This document shows positions 57,009 through 64,000 of a stretch of 64,000 nt of DNA, piece by piece; position 1 is the first letter of the stretch, and every line of letters begins with the position of its first letter. The DNA comes from a virus. A program made the translations under genes and the position numbers. The stretch covers positions 1 through 64,000 of IMG/VR virus record IMGVR_UViG_3300005690_000024, one strand, 5' to 3'. The notes beneath the pieces are model-generated. The model was not told the DNA's origin. It searched no databases and saw only the letters and a program-made list of their open reading frames with translations.

Positions 57009-57021
57009 TGCGAGGGTGATC

Positions 57022-57249
57022 ATGAGCATTCAGTTGAACCGACATCAAGCGGAATTGTTGCTATCGTTTTTTGATAGCGGGGACTTCGATGACGTGGTTT
57101 TAGAGGTTGAGTTTCATGAGGTGGGACCACACGGGCCGGGGCTGTACTGTTGGCATGCTGAGTATCCGGAGGAAGGCAAGTCGTTTTTGCCATCCGTTAG
57201 CGAAGCCGTAAAGCAATGCGAAAAGATAGTTGCTGATACGTCAAACTAA
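57022..57249 (+). CDS. Cassette ORF 3, hypothetical (75 aa)
   Basis: GAGGG SD after site 3; stop TAA inside CAAACTAAC, the exact complement of GTTAGTTTG at 57002. Confidence 0.65.
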   Translation: MSIQLNRHQAELLLSFFDSGDFDDVVLEVEFHEVGPHGPGLYCWHAEYPEEGKSFLPSVSEAVKQCEKIVADTSN

Positions 57250-57253
57250 CTTG

Positions 57254-57430
57254 ATGGATTACCGAGAAGCCCGAGAGAAGGCGATACAGACCGTTTTGCG
57301 GTTGGTGATCGAGTTACCGTCTCCATTGCGTTCGCTCTTGGATGCTTTGAGGGAGAGGCCACAATTGTTCGGACCGGATACTTGTGTGTCGAGTTCGAGT
57401 GGGAAGGAAAGCCCCGGCGAATCTACATAG
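57254..57430 (+). CDS. Hypothetical protein
   Basis: ATG 3 nt after the last cassette boundary. Confidence 0.4.
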   Translation: MDYREAREKAIQTVLRLVIELPSPLRSLLDALRERPQLFGPDTCVSSSSGKESPGEST

Positions 57431-57509
57431 CCGAGAGCGATATCGTTTCAGGTCCATAAGCAGCGGACTGCGGTTCCTCGTTTGAAGATTTGAAAACCCT
57501 GGAGATTTT

Positions 57510-57698
57510 ATGAGTCGGATACTGAAGTCGTTTAACGATAATGTTGTTTGTAATCTGATCAGAGAATTGAGTAAGGCAATCGATGGTTCGCAACCTCAAA
57601 AGGCTCGTCATCTCTTGAGGGAGTTGAGAAAACTCGGTTTTGATTATCGCTGCAATGATACTGCGGTTCTCGATGAAGCCATTGAACAGAGAAAATGA
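57510..57698 (+). CDS. Hypothetical protein
   Basis: GGAG SD. Confidence 0.5.
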   Translation: MSRILKSFNDNVVCNLIRELSKAIDGSQPQKARHLLRELRKLGFDYRCNDTAVLDEAIEQRK

Positions 57699-58047
57699 GC
57701 AGCGGATTGTGAGTTCTCGTTTACTTTTGGGAGATCATTGGATGTGGGCAAAAACGGAAGTACCTTTACCGCTCGCTCAAGAGTTGTCTGCCAGGGGCTC
57801 GAAGCCCATAGCGTTGCATCTGTACGAGCAAGGAGACAAGCGGCTTGCGGTAATCGTGTCGCACGATCCCAGCGGGCTTGACGGTGCAATTGAGACGCAC
57901 GCAAGTATCTCTGCTTCCGTGTGTGGATTTCGGATACGTCCGACTTACGATGATGTGCGATTGACAGTTCAGCAGCTTGGTTTCGGGGCTCATACGGTCG
58001 ATGCTAAACCGGGGGCGAATGTCGTGCATATTTGGGCATCGCAATGA
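57640..58047 (+). CDS. Hypothetical protein
   Basis: ORF chain; start uncertain. Confidence 0.4.
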   Translation: MIIAAMILRFSMKPLNRENEQRIVSSRLLLGDHWMWAKTEVPLPLAQELSARGSKPIALHLYEQGDKRLAVIVSHDPSGLDGAIETHASISASVCGFRIRPTYDDVRLTVQQLGFGAHTVDAKPGANVVHIWASQ

Positions 58048-58337
58048 ACAGCGGATGTGAGTTCCGATCGTATTCTGGACGTCAGGGGAATCTCATGTGG
58101 ATAAAACCAGATCTGCTTGGTCCACAGAAAGGGCCAGCCACTCAGCCGAGGTTAAAGGCTCAGTGGCGTCAGATCGATCGTGAGAACAGGGAGGCGATTG
58201 CTGTCCGTATTGAGTGGATGCATCTACTTGGGTTCGATGGCGAAGAGATTGCAGATGCCTGCAAGGATGCGTTTGACTTGGATCTTGTGGATGAACTGGC
58301 CGAACTTGTGGCGGCGAAGATGCTGGCGAAAAAGTGA
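58044..58337 (+). CDS. Hypothetical protein
   Basis: ATGA overlap. Confidence 0.45.
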   Translation: MNSGCEFRSYSGRQGNLMWIKPDLLGPQKGPATQPRLKAQWRQIDRENREAIAVRIEWMHLLGFDGEEIADACKDAFDLDLVDELAELVAAKMLAKK

Positions 58338-58592
58338 AGTGTGGCCACACTTGAAGGTGGTTAAAATCAGGCCAGATAAGTCAGTTGCTGGTGTGTGTAG
58401 TTGCTGAAAACACGGGATTTTATGGGGTTGTTAGTTGTTGTTCTCGCTTTCGTAAAGCGTAGGTCATCGATTCGAATTCGATCGGCGGCTCTTTTTTGAG
58501 AGCCAAAAACACAAGGGAATCAGTGAAAACTGGTTCCCTTTTTTGTTGCGCTGTGTTTGGTAAACTACGCTTCCACACTTGTTCCCACACTT
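58337..58592. repeat. CCACACTT repeats flanking attP core (putative integrase arm sites)
   Basis: Palindrome AAGTGTGGCCACACTT 58337-58352; direct copies 58573-80 and 58585-92. Confidence 0.65.
58445..58490 (+). other. attP core: 3' half of tRNA-Thr(CGT)
   Basis: Anticodon arm CGCT-TTCGTAA-AGCG, variable loop AGGTC, T-arm ATCGA-TTCGAAT-TCGAT, acceptor strand CGGCGGC-T; no 5' half upstream; ~115 nt before integrase. Confidence 0.8.
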
Positions 58593-58603
58593 GGAAGCGT
58601 GAA

Positions 58604-59782
58604 ATGGCAGACCGACCAGAGAAACCTTATCCAGACTTCCCGTTGTTTCCACATGCAAAGGGGTACTGGTGCAAGACGATCAAAGGGAAGCAGTGGGCGT
58701 TTGGTCCGTGGGCTGACCCTGATGCGGCGTTGCAGAAGTATCTGGACTGGCGAGACCAGATCATGGCGGGGAGAGACCCGCGTAAGCAGGCTGCTGAGAC
58801 CGCTGTGGGCGTCACGCTGAAGGAACTGTGTAATCTGTTCCTTGTCGCGAAGAAGGGCGCCATGGAGCGGGGAGAGCTTTCTGTGAGGTCATACGCTGAG
58901 TACAGGGGTGAAGCGAAGTGGCTGTGTGACTGCCTGGGGCGCGAGACAGGTGTGGCCACACTGATGCCAGCCGACTTTGCGAAGTTGCGGGCGAGCTATC
59001 CGAAGACGTGGGGCATTGTCACGGTGTGTGGGCACATCACGAAGACGAAGTCGATCTTTCGGTTTGGTTACGAGAATCGGATCATCGAGCGGGAGGTGTC
59101 GTTCGGGTCGGAGTTCGTGAAGCCGACACGGTCACAGTTTCGGAGGAACAGGCAGCAGGCTGAATCAGAGCGGGGGTTGCTGCTGTTCAGCCGGGAAGAG
59201 TTGCTGGTGATCATTGAGAAGGCGGAAGGGTGGCTGAAACCAGCGATCCTGTTGGGCATCCAGGCGGGGTTGGGAAATCGTGATGTCTCGGGGCTGACGG
59301 ACAGGCATGTTGACTTGGAAGGTCGGTGGGTTTCGTACTCGCGCCCGAAGACGGGGGTGTATCGGAGTTTTCCACTGTGGCGAGAGACGGTGGATGCGAT
59401 CGCGGCTTATCGGAAGACTCGGGTTGATGCGAAGCGGGTCGAGGATGGCGGGCTGTGCTTTCTGACTCGGCAGGGCTGTCCGTTGGTCACTGAGATGGTG
59501 CATGCAGACGGGCGGCATATTCAGGTGAACAATCCGACGTTGTCGTTTGCGAAGCTGTTGAAGCGGGAGGGGCTGAAGCGGGCTGACCTGAACTTCTATT
59601 CGCTTAGGAGGACGTTTGAGACGATAGCGGGGCAGTCGAAGGATCAGGTGGCGGTGGACCACATCATGGGTCATGCGGACGACAGCATGGGCGGGGTGTA
59701 TCGGCAGGGGATAGATCGTGAGAGATTGGAGGCAGTTGTACAGCATGTGCATCGGTGGCTATACGGTTCTGGTGAAATTTAG
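58604..59782 (+). CDS. int: Tyrosine recombinase / phage integrase
   Basis: GLGNRD (R), YSLRRTF (H-x-x-R variant), MGH, GGVY; N-terminus KPYPDFPLFPH typical of planctomycete integrases. Confidence 0.9.
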   Translation: MADRPEKPYPDFPLFPHAKGYWCKTIKGKQWAFGPWADPDAALQKYLDWRDQIMAGRDPRKQAAETAVGVTLKELCNLFLVAKKGAMERGELSVRSYAEYRGEAKWLCDCLGRETGVATLMPADFAKLRASYPKTWGIVTVCGHITKTKSIFRFGYENRIIEREVSFGSEFVKPTRSQFRRNRQQAESERGLLLFSREELLVIIEKAEGWLKPAILLGIQAGLGNRDVSGLTDRHVDLEGRWVSYSRPKTGVYRSFPLWRETVDAIAAYRKTRVDAKRVEDGGLCFLTRQGCPLVTEMVHADGRHIQVNNPTLSFAKLLKREGLKRADLNFYSLRRTFETIAGQSKDQVAVDHIMGHADDSMGGVYRQGIDRERLEAVVQHVHRWLYGSGEI

Positions 59783-59823
59783 GAAAAACCGTTTGACTGA
59801 TGTTGTCGCGTGATTGGCGTTTT

Positions 59824-59837
59824 GCGTATAGTCACTG
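59824..59837 (+). promoter_or_regulatory. CGTATAG motif copy
   Basis: GCGTATAGTCACTG before xis. Confidence 0.65.
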
Positions 59838-59860
59838 AGGGAAGTTTTTGGGAGTGATCT

Positions 59861-60097
59861 ATGCGAGACTTGACAATCAGTGAAGTGGCGAAGCGTTTGG
59901 CGATTTCGCGGGCCAATGCGAAGACGTTGGTGTTGAGTGGTCGGTTGAAGGGTTACCGTCTTCCGATGGGTAAGATTGGCCAGTTGCGTGTTCGCGAGAG
60001 TGATTTGGATTTATTTCGGGAGTCGCATGTTGTTTCGGTTGCTGCGTATAGGCACAGTCGGAAGCGTGTGAAGGTGGTTGATCTTTTGGATGGGTAG
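59861..60097 (+). CDS. xis: Excisionase-like HTH (HTH_17 / MerR-like)
   Basis: LTISEVAKRLAISRANAKTLVLSGRLKGYR...RVRESDL next to integrase. Confidence 0.75.
   Translation: MRDLTISEVAKRLAISRANAKTLVLSGRLKGYRLPMGKIGQLRVRESDLDLFRESHVVSVAAYRHSRKRVKVVDLLDG
60044..60057 (+). promoter_or_regulatory. CGTATAG motif copy inside the 3' end of xis
   Basis: GCGTATAGGCACAG ~50 nt before ATG 60106. Confidence 0.45.
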
Positions 60098-60105
60098 GAG
60101 GTTTT

Positions 60106-60315
60106 ATGTCGAAAGATGCATCGGCATGTCAGCGGTCTGCGTGTGGCGTTCCGCTGGATCGTGGCAGGTATCGGATATGGAACAATCCAGGTTCGTTCCC
60201 TGACTACCGTGATTACTGTGTTGTGTGTGGCCGTTCGATTATTGAGTACGACAGAAGCACATCTGGTCCGAAGTTGAAATTTGTCCGTATTGGTCGTGAG
60301 GAGAAAGAGTTATGA
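60106..60315 (+). CDS. Small Cys-containing protein
   Basis: GGAGG SD; YCVVCGR. Confidence 0.55.
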   Translation: MSKDASACQRSACGVPLDRGRYRIWNNPGSFPDYRDYCVVCGRSIIEYDRSTSGPKLKFVRIGREEKEL

Positions 60316-60632
60316 AGTTTGTGGCAATGATCCCTGGTCGTTATGGGAACCGTGCTCTTGTCGAGCTGACTGAGCTGGAGTTTGGATCGCTGACAGGTAA
60401 GCAATGCAGGTTAGAGCATTCGATGGTCGGCATGTCTTATGACGTTAATGGGCTGCGTGATGCACTGTTTGCGATCGCTCGCAACAGCATTGATATTAAG
60501 CGTACTCGGGCGTCGATGCAGGCGTTTCTGGATCTGACTGAGGACGCGGCGATTCTGGCAGTGTTGGAGAAGTGTGGCGTTCCGGTTGTTGTTCAGGAAC
60601 CTGTTGTTGGAGACGACGATGCAGAAGCGTGA
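60312..60632 (+). CDS. Hypothetical protein
   Basis: ATGA overlap. Confidence 0.55.
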   Translation: MKFVAMIPGRYGNRALVELTELEFGSLTGKQCRLEHSMVGMSYDVNGLRDALFAIARNSIDIKRTRASMQAFLDLTEDAAILAVLEKCGVPVVVQEPVVGDDDAEA

Positions 60633-60978
60633 GAAGATTGGGGAAGTGTCGTTTGTTATTGATTGGGCCTGTAACGAACTGCGGGCTCGTAAGGCGTGGC
60701 AGTTCCTGTTCGACTACTACAGGAACAACGGTGGCGATGTCGGCAAGCTCGACAATATGCTGATTGATTACACCCTGCTGTGTAAGTTCTTCAGTGAGTA
60801 CCCTCAGTCGTGTAAATCATTCTTCGAATGGGATTTCTTCGACTGCCACACATCGTTCATTTCGAATGGTCCACTGTGTGGTGCTGATGACTGGTTGATT
60901 CGTGGCGAGTGGGATATCGACGGTCGTTTGGTCACGTTCTATCTCGTGACGGAGGTTCCAGATGAGTCGGGGGATTAA
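60619..60978 (+). CDS. Hypothetical protein
   Basis: ORF chain. Confidence 0.5.
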   Translation: MQKREKIGEVSFVIDWACNELRARKAWQFLFDYYRNNGGDVGKLDNMLIDYTLLCKFFSEYPQSCKSFFEWDFFDCHTSFISNGPLCGADDWLIRGEWDIDGRLVTFYLVTEVPDESGD

Positions 60979-61192
60979 CGTCGAGAAGGCTGTTGGTCGG
61001 ATCATCGGGCGCCCGTTCAGGGACGGTCAGTACGTCACAGCAGAAGAGAAGTTGGCAATTGCGTCCGACTTGAGTATAGGCATCGTGGCAATGCAGTGTC
61101 CTCACTTGCATGCTTCGTTGGAGACGTGGATCAGTGCGAGGGTGAAGCGAGAGTGTGAAAGGATCAGAAGTGAACCAGGAAGAATGCGTTGA
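60962..61192 (+). CDS. Hypothetical protein
   Basis: GGAGG SD. Confidence 0.45.
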   Translation: MSRGINVEKAVGRIIGRPFRDGQYVTAEEKLAIASDLSIGIVAMQCPHLHASLETWISARVKRECERIRSEPGRMR

Positions 61193-61397
61193 GGCGTTTA
61201 AGTTGATTGGGGCGATCACTGGTTGTGAGGGTGATTCGGTGACGATTCATTCGGGCAACCCTGATTTCCAGCAGACTGATGAGATTGATTTCTGTGTGAG
61301 TGTGGTCCAGAACTTTGGTGACGCGGAATACTTTTACGGGGCATCGATTGTTGACGCCCTTCGCAAAGCGGTGAAATCGGTTCTTGGTGGAGCGTGA
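61155..61397 (+). CDS. Hypothetical protein
   Basis: ORF chain. Confidence 0.45.
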   Translation: MKGSEVNQEECVEAFKLIGAITGCEGDSVTIHSGNPDFQQTDEIDFCVSVVQNFGDAEYFYGASIVDALRKAVKSVLGGA

Positions 61398-61398
61398 T

Positions 61399-62373
61399 AT
61401 GGGATTCAAGGTTGGCGATCGGGTGTTTATCAAGCGTGGTTGTTGGACGGGCTGTTACGGGAAGATCTCATACTTGGGTCGAGATACGGAGCTTGTTCAG
61501 GTTGATGTCGAGAACTGGATTGTCGGTGGGAAGTGCGTTTGCGTTTCACTGCATGCGGACCAGCCTGATTTGCTGGACAGTATCGAGGCGGCGCCATTGG
61601 TTCGGTACTTTGTACCAACAGGCTCCTACGCTTCGCGGTTTGCTTATATTGTCGTTAACGAAGACGACATTGGTTCCGTGATAGAGTTCGATGGGACCGT
61701 CAGGAATAATGATTCTGGTGCCGTGTACTCAGTGGATTACCATGTTTCCACGGGATGCTGGACGCAGGTGACTGAGGAAAAAGCAAAGTCCCGTGTGTGC
61801 AACATTCGGTATTACATCCCAACGGGGTTCTTAGCGAACTCGTTTGCATATGTCGAGCGATTGAATGGCAAGGCGACGTCATATACTGTCTCTGGCAATC
61901 TGAACCTGCAGACTGAATGGGGTGTGAATCAGGATAAGATTGTTAGTCGTGGCGACTGGAAGGAGGTCAGCGAGTCAGAGGCGAAGGCGAGGGTGAGACA
62001 GGATCGGTACTACATACCAGTGGGGATGACCGCCAATGATCTTCGCTACCTAGTTCGAACGAACGGCTTTTACCGCCTTTGCGAGAATGATAGCGTTCTT
62101 TATGAGAGGAGGTACAACTGGGGTCCGGCAGAAGACGAGTGTGTTGAGCGTGGCGACTGGAAGGAAGTGACAGAGGCAGAAGCGAAGGCTCGATGTGTTG
62201 TTCGCGTGCCAGTTCGGCTGTGGGTTAATGAGTCTAGCCTGAAGGCTGGTTCATTGAATGTTCGTTGCAGTCCAGAACGCCCAGACGTGGATCGTTACGG
62301 TCCAGGGTTTGTTGAGGTTCATTCGGACAAAAAGGGCGGGTTCTACGTGGAGGTGCCCGATGGAGGACGGTGA
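61399..62373 (+). CDS. KOW/SH3-like domain plus three tandem modules
   Basis: FKVGDRVFIKRGCWTGCYG; RY[FY][VI]P.G...W.[QE]V[TS]E..AK.R x3. Confidence 0.6.
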   Translation: MGFKVGDRVFIKRGCWTGCYGKISYLGRDTELVQVDVENWIVGGKCVCVSLHADQPDLLDSIEAAPLVRYFVPTGSYASRFAYIVVNEDDIGSVIEFDGTVRNNDSGAVYSVDYHVSTGCWTQVTEEKAKSRVCNIRYYIPTGFLANSFAYVERLNGKATSYTVSGNLNLQTEWGVNQDKIVSRGDWKEVSESEAKARVRQDRYYIPVGMTANDLRYLVRTNGFYRLCENDSVLYERRYNWGPAEDECVERGDWKEVTEAEAKARCVVRVPVRLWVNESSLKAGSLNVRCSPERPDVDRYGPGFVEVHSDKKGGFYVEVPDGGR

Positions 62374-62635
62374 GATTTGCATTTCAACCTTGCGGGTTGA
62401 TCTTGTTCAGAACGGGAACACGCTTGGAACAACGGAGTCTGTTGAGTCCTTGCAGGTTTCGTTTGAGTCAGAGACGTTCTTGGATGAAGAAGATCAGGGG
62501 TTCATGGTGATCAAGACGAACGGCTGGAGCGTTGATAGTGTGGAGCAATTGGCTTCGTTGCTGAACGCGGTGGCCGACTTGAGGTGTGGTTTGTACGACA
62601 AGTTGAACGGGAAGGAGTCTGGCGATGTTGAGTAG
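62360..62635 (+). CDS. Hypothetical protein
   Basis: GGAGG SD. Confidence 0.5.
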   Translation: MEDGEICISTLRVDLVQNGNTLGTTESVESLQVSFESETFLDEEDQGFMVIKTNGWSVDSVEQLASLLNAVADLRCGLYDKLNGKESGDVE

Positions 62636-62828
62636 AGAGGTGAAGCGCCAGGCGGAACAGGGCGATGAGCTTGCGAAGGGGTATGTGGATGCGTTGGAGT
62701 TTTTGGTTCGCATCCAGAAGGCTGAGCGTAAGTTGCATTGGGAAGAGGGTGACAGTTTGGAGGGCGTCTTGGAAGAGTTGAATGCTTTTCTGGACAACCA
62801 TTTGGGTTTGCGTCGTAAGCGAGTTTGA
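62625..62828 (+). CDS. Hypothetical protein
   Basis: GGAG SD. Confidence 0.5.
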   Translation: MLSREVKRQAEQGDELAKGYVDALEFLVRIQKAERKLHWEEGDSLEGVLEELNAFLDNHLGLRRKRV

Positions 62829-62854
62829 AAGTTTTCTTTTGTGGAGAGTTGTTG

Positions 62855-63652
62855 ATGGCGTCGATTGATAAGAAGCCAGTTGTGTCATGTGTTGCACAGT
62901 CTCAGTTGAACATGGATGGAATCTATGAGTACCTGCATGCAACAGGGAATGATGAGTTCATTGGGACGATCGCAGCAGCCAGGGGAGATGGCTTGTCTGA
63001 CATGGAGATCTTGGTTAGTTTGATGGCGAAGTTGTGTTACAAGAGTCTGACGCTCGGCCACAACTCGAACATCACTCGGGTGCGGGATATTAAGAGCAAT
63101 ATTGAAGCGGCGATCAGCTCTGAACACGGCAGCGTGTTGGAACATGCCTCGATGTCATTCATTGTCCGTGACTGCAGCCGGATCTACACGCATGAGAAAG
63201 TGCGCCACCGCGCTGGAACAGCGTTCAGTCAGAATTCGGGGAGATTCATTCGGCTGGACGAGATTGATCTGATTGTTGACCCGATCCTCGATCCTGTGCG
63301 AGAAGAACTTCTTGAGGCGGTGAAGTATCTTGAGGATGTCTACGCTCGTATGGCTGACAAGCTTGGCATGAATGAGCCAGGGCTTGACTTCACGCGAAAG
63401 AAGAAGTTGACATCAGCTCTCCGCCGCATCGCGCCGAATGGTCAGGCGAATGAGTTGGGTTTTTCAATCAACCTTCGTTCGCTTCGGTTCACGATCATGA
63501 AGCGTACTGATAGGGCTGCTGAGTGGGAGATTCGGTACATCTTCGCACAGATCTATAAGATCGCAAAGCAGGCTGTTCCGACGCTGTTCTGTGATGCTGT
63601 TGAGAATGAGTACGAGGGGCTTCCTGAGATCAAGTTCGGTCACCACACATGA
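62855..63652 (+). CDS. thyX: FAD-dependent thymidylate synthase
   Basis: HGSVLEH; THEKVRHRAGTAFSQNSGRF (RHR-x7-S-x-R); AEWEIR. Confidence 0.9.
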   Translation: MASIDKKPVVSCVAQSQLNMDGIYEYLHATGNDEFIGTIAAARGDGLSDMEILVSLMAKLCYKSLTLGHNSNITRVRDIKSNIEAAISSEHGSVLEHASMSFIVRDCSRIYTHEKVRHRAGTAFSQNSGRFIRLDEIDLIVDPILDPVREELLEAVKYLEDVYARMADKLGMNEPGLDFTRKKKLTSALRRIAPNGQANELGFSINLRSLRFTIMKRTDRAAEWEIRYIFAQIYKIAKQAVPTLFCDAVENEYEGLPEIKFGHHT

Positions 63653-63676
63653 GTTCACAGAATAGTTGAGATTTTT

Positions 63677-63688
63677 GCGTATAGTCAC
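63677..63688 (+). promoter_or_regulatory. CGTATAG motif copy
   Basis: GCGTATAGTCAC after thyX. Confidence 0.6.
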
Positions 63689-63764
63689 CTTTACAGGTGT
63701 CACTGGCGTTGCGTATGTTTCTTTGCGATGTTGGTGGCACCTTTTTTCTTTGTGGGAGATTGTG

Positions 63765-64000
63765 ATGAGAGAGTCTGTTGGTAATGCACCGATTGGTGGT
63801 CGCAAGAAGAACATTGTTCGCAATACGGCGACTGAGTTTACGGGGAACCCTGCATTGAATCCGGCGTTGCCGATCTTTGGTGGTTCGTCGGAGGCGATTC
63901 TTCGTCAGGAAGCTGCTGGCCAGTTCGAGGTCTGCGTGAGCGATGTTCTCCCTGTTCGTGGGGTTGACTCTGTACGGAAGATGATCGAAGACGCGGGCGG
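63765..64000 (+). CDS. Hypothetical protein, truncated by window end
   Basis: GGGAG SD; ATG 63765 open to the end (MRESVGNAPIGG...). Confidence 0.55.
   Translation, partial: MRESVGNAPIGGRKKNIVRNTATEFTGNPALNPALPIFGGSSEAILRQEAAGQFEVCVSDVLPVRGVDSVRKMIEDAG

Noticed and set aside
56284-57250. CRISPR array or REP elements
   Set aside because: Repeats are not identical, are 87-103 bp long, and are separated by ORF-bearing units of ~300 bp.
58445-58490. Complete tRNA-Thr gene
   Set aside because: The 5' acceptor strand and D-arm are absent upstream, so it is treated as an attP core.
58604-59782. Integron integrase (IntI) serving the attC array
   Set aside because: Its architecture (N-terminal arm-binding region, adjacent xis and tRNA-type attP) is that of a phage Int, and no IntI-specific insertion was recognised. 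An HMM check is still advisable.
1-64000. Minus-strand ORFs from the six-frame track
   Set aside because: They overlap well-supported + strand genes and lack recognisable motifs; most likely antisense shadows.
1-64000. Stop-codon reassignment
   Set aside because: Long genes (terL, portal, capsid, tape measure) are uninterrupted in the standard code; the only break seen is a frameshift.
1-64000. Prophage-host boundary
   Set aside because: No housekeeping genes or attL/attR seen; both sides of the att core are phage-like.
1-64000. Apparent abundance of GATC/CGATCG
   Set aside because: Impression only; it needs k-mer counts against a Markov null and may simply mirror host composition.

Overview
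The whole window looks like part of one temperate, long-tailed dsDNA phage genome. It is larger than the window: no replicative polymerase, helicase, primase or repressor is visible. Essentially all credible genes are on the + strand. Modules in order: lambda-type terminase (Nu1/GpA-like); an MT-A70 methyltransferase; many small hypothetical genes; two tandem minimal sigma70-like factors; a displaced virion-appendage block with a LamG domain; nuclease and nucleotide-metabolism genes; the head (gpW-like, lambda-type portal, fused protease-capsid, cement protein); a long tail with a 2334-aa tape measure; a Cys-rich tail protein with an FGE/C-lectin domain; a PRTase-HAD / glycosyltransferase / methyltransferase block; a holin-like plus papain-protease block; accessory genes; a tyrosine integrase with an intact attP (3' half of tRNA-Thr(CGT)) and excisionase; and thyX. 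The integrase N-terminus and the attC style suggest a Planctomycetota host (inference). Most striking non-coding signals: (1) three tandem integron-type gene cassettes at 56284-57250, whose canonical attC sites lie on the minus strand, antisense to their ORFs, with no IntI in the window; (2) a GCGTATAG(G/T)YACTG motif in 17 copies at or near gene starts, a plausible target for the phage sigma factors; (3) a ~225-nt extensively base-paired element at 4244-4468. All family assignments come from motif recognition by eye; no database searches were run.
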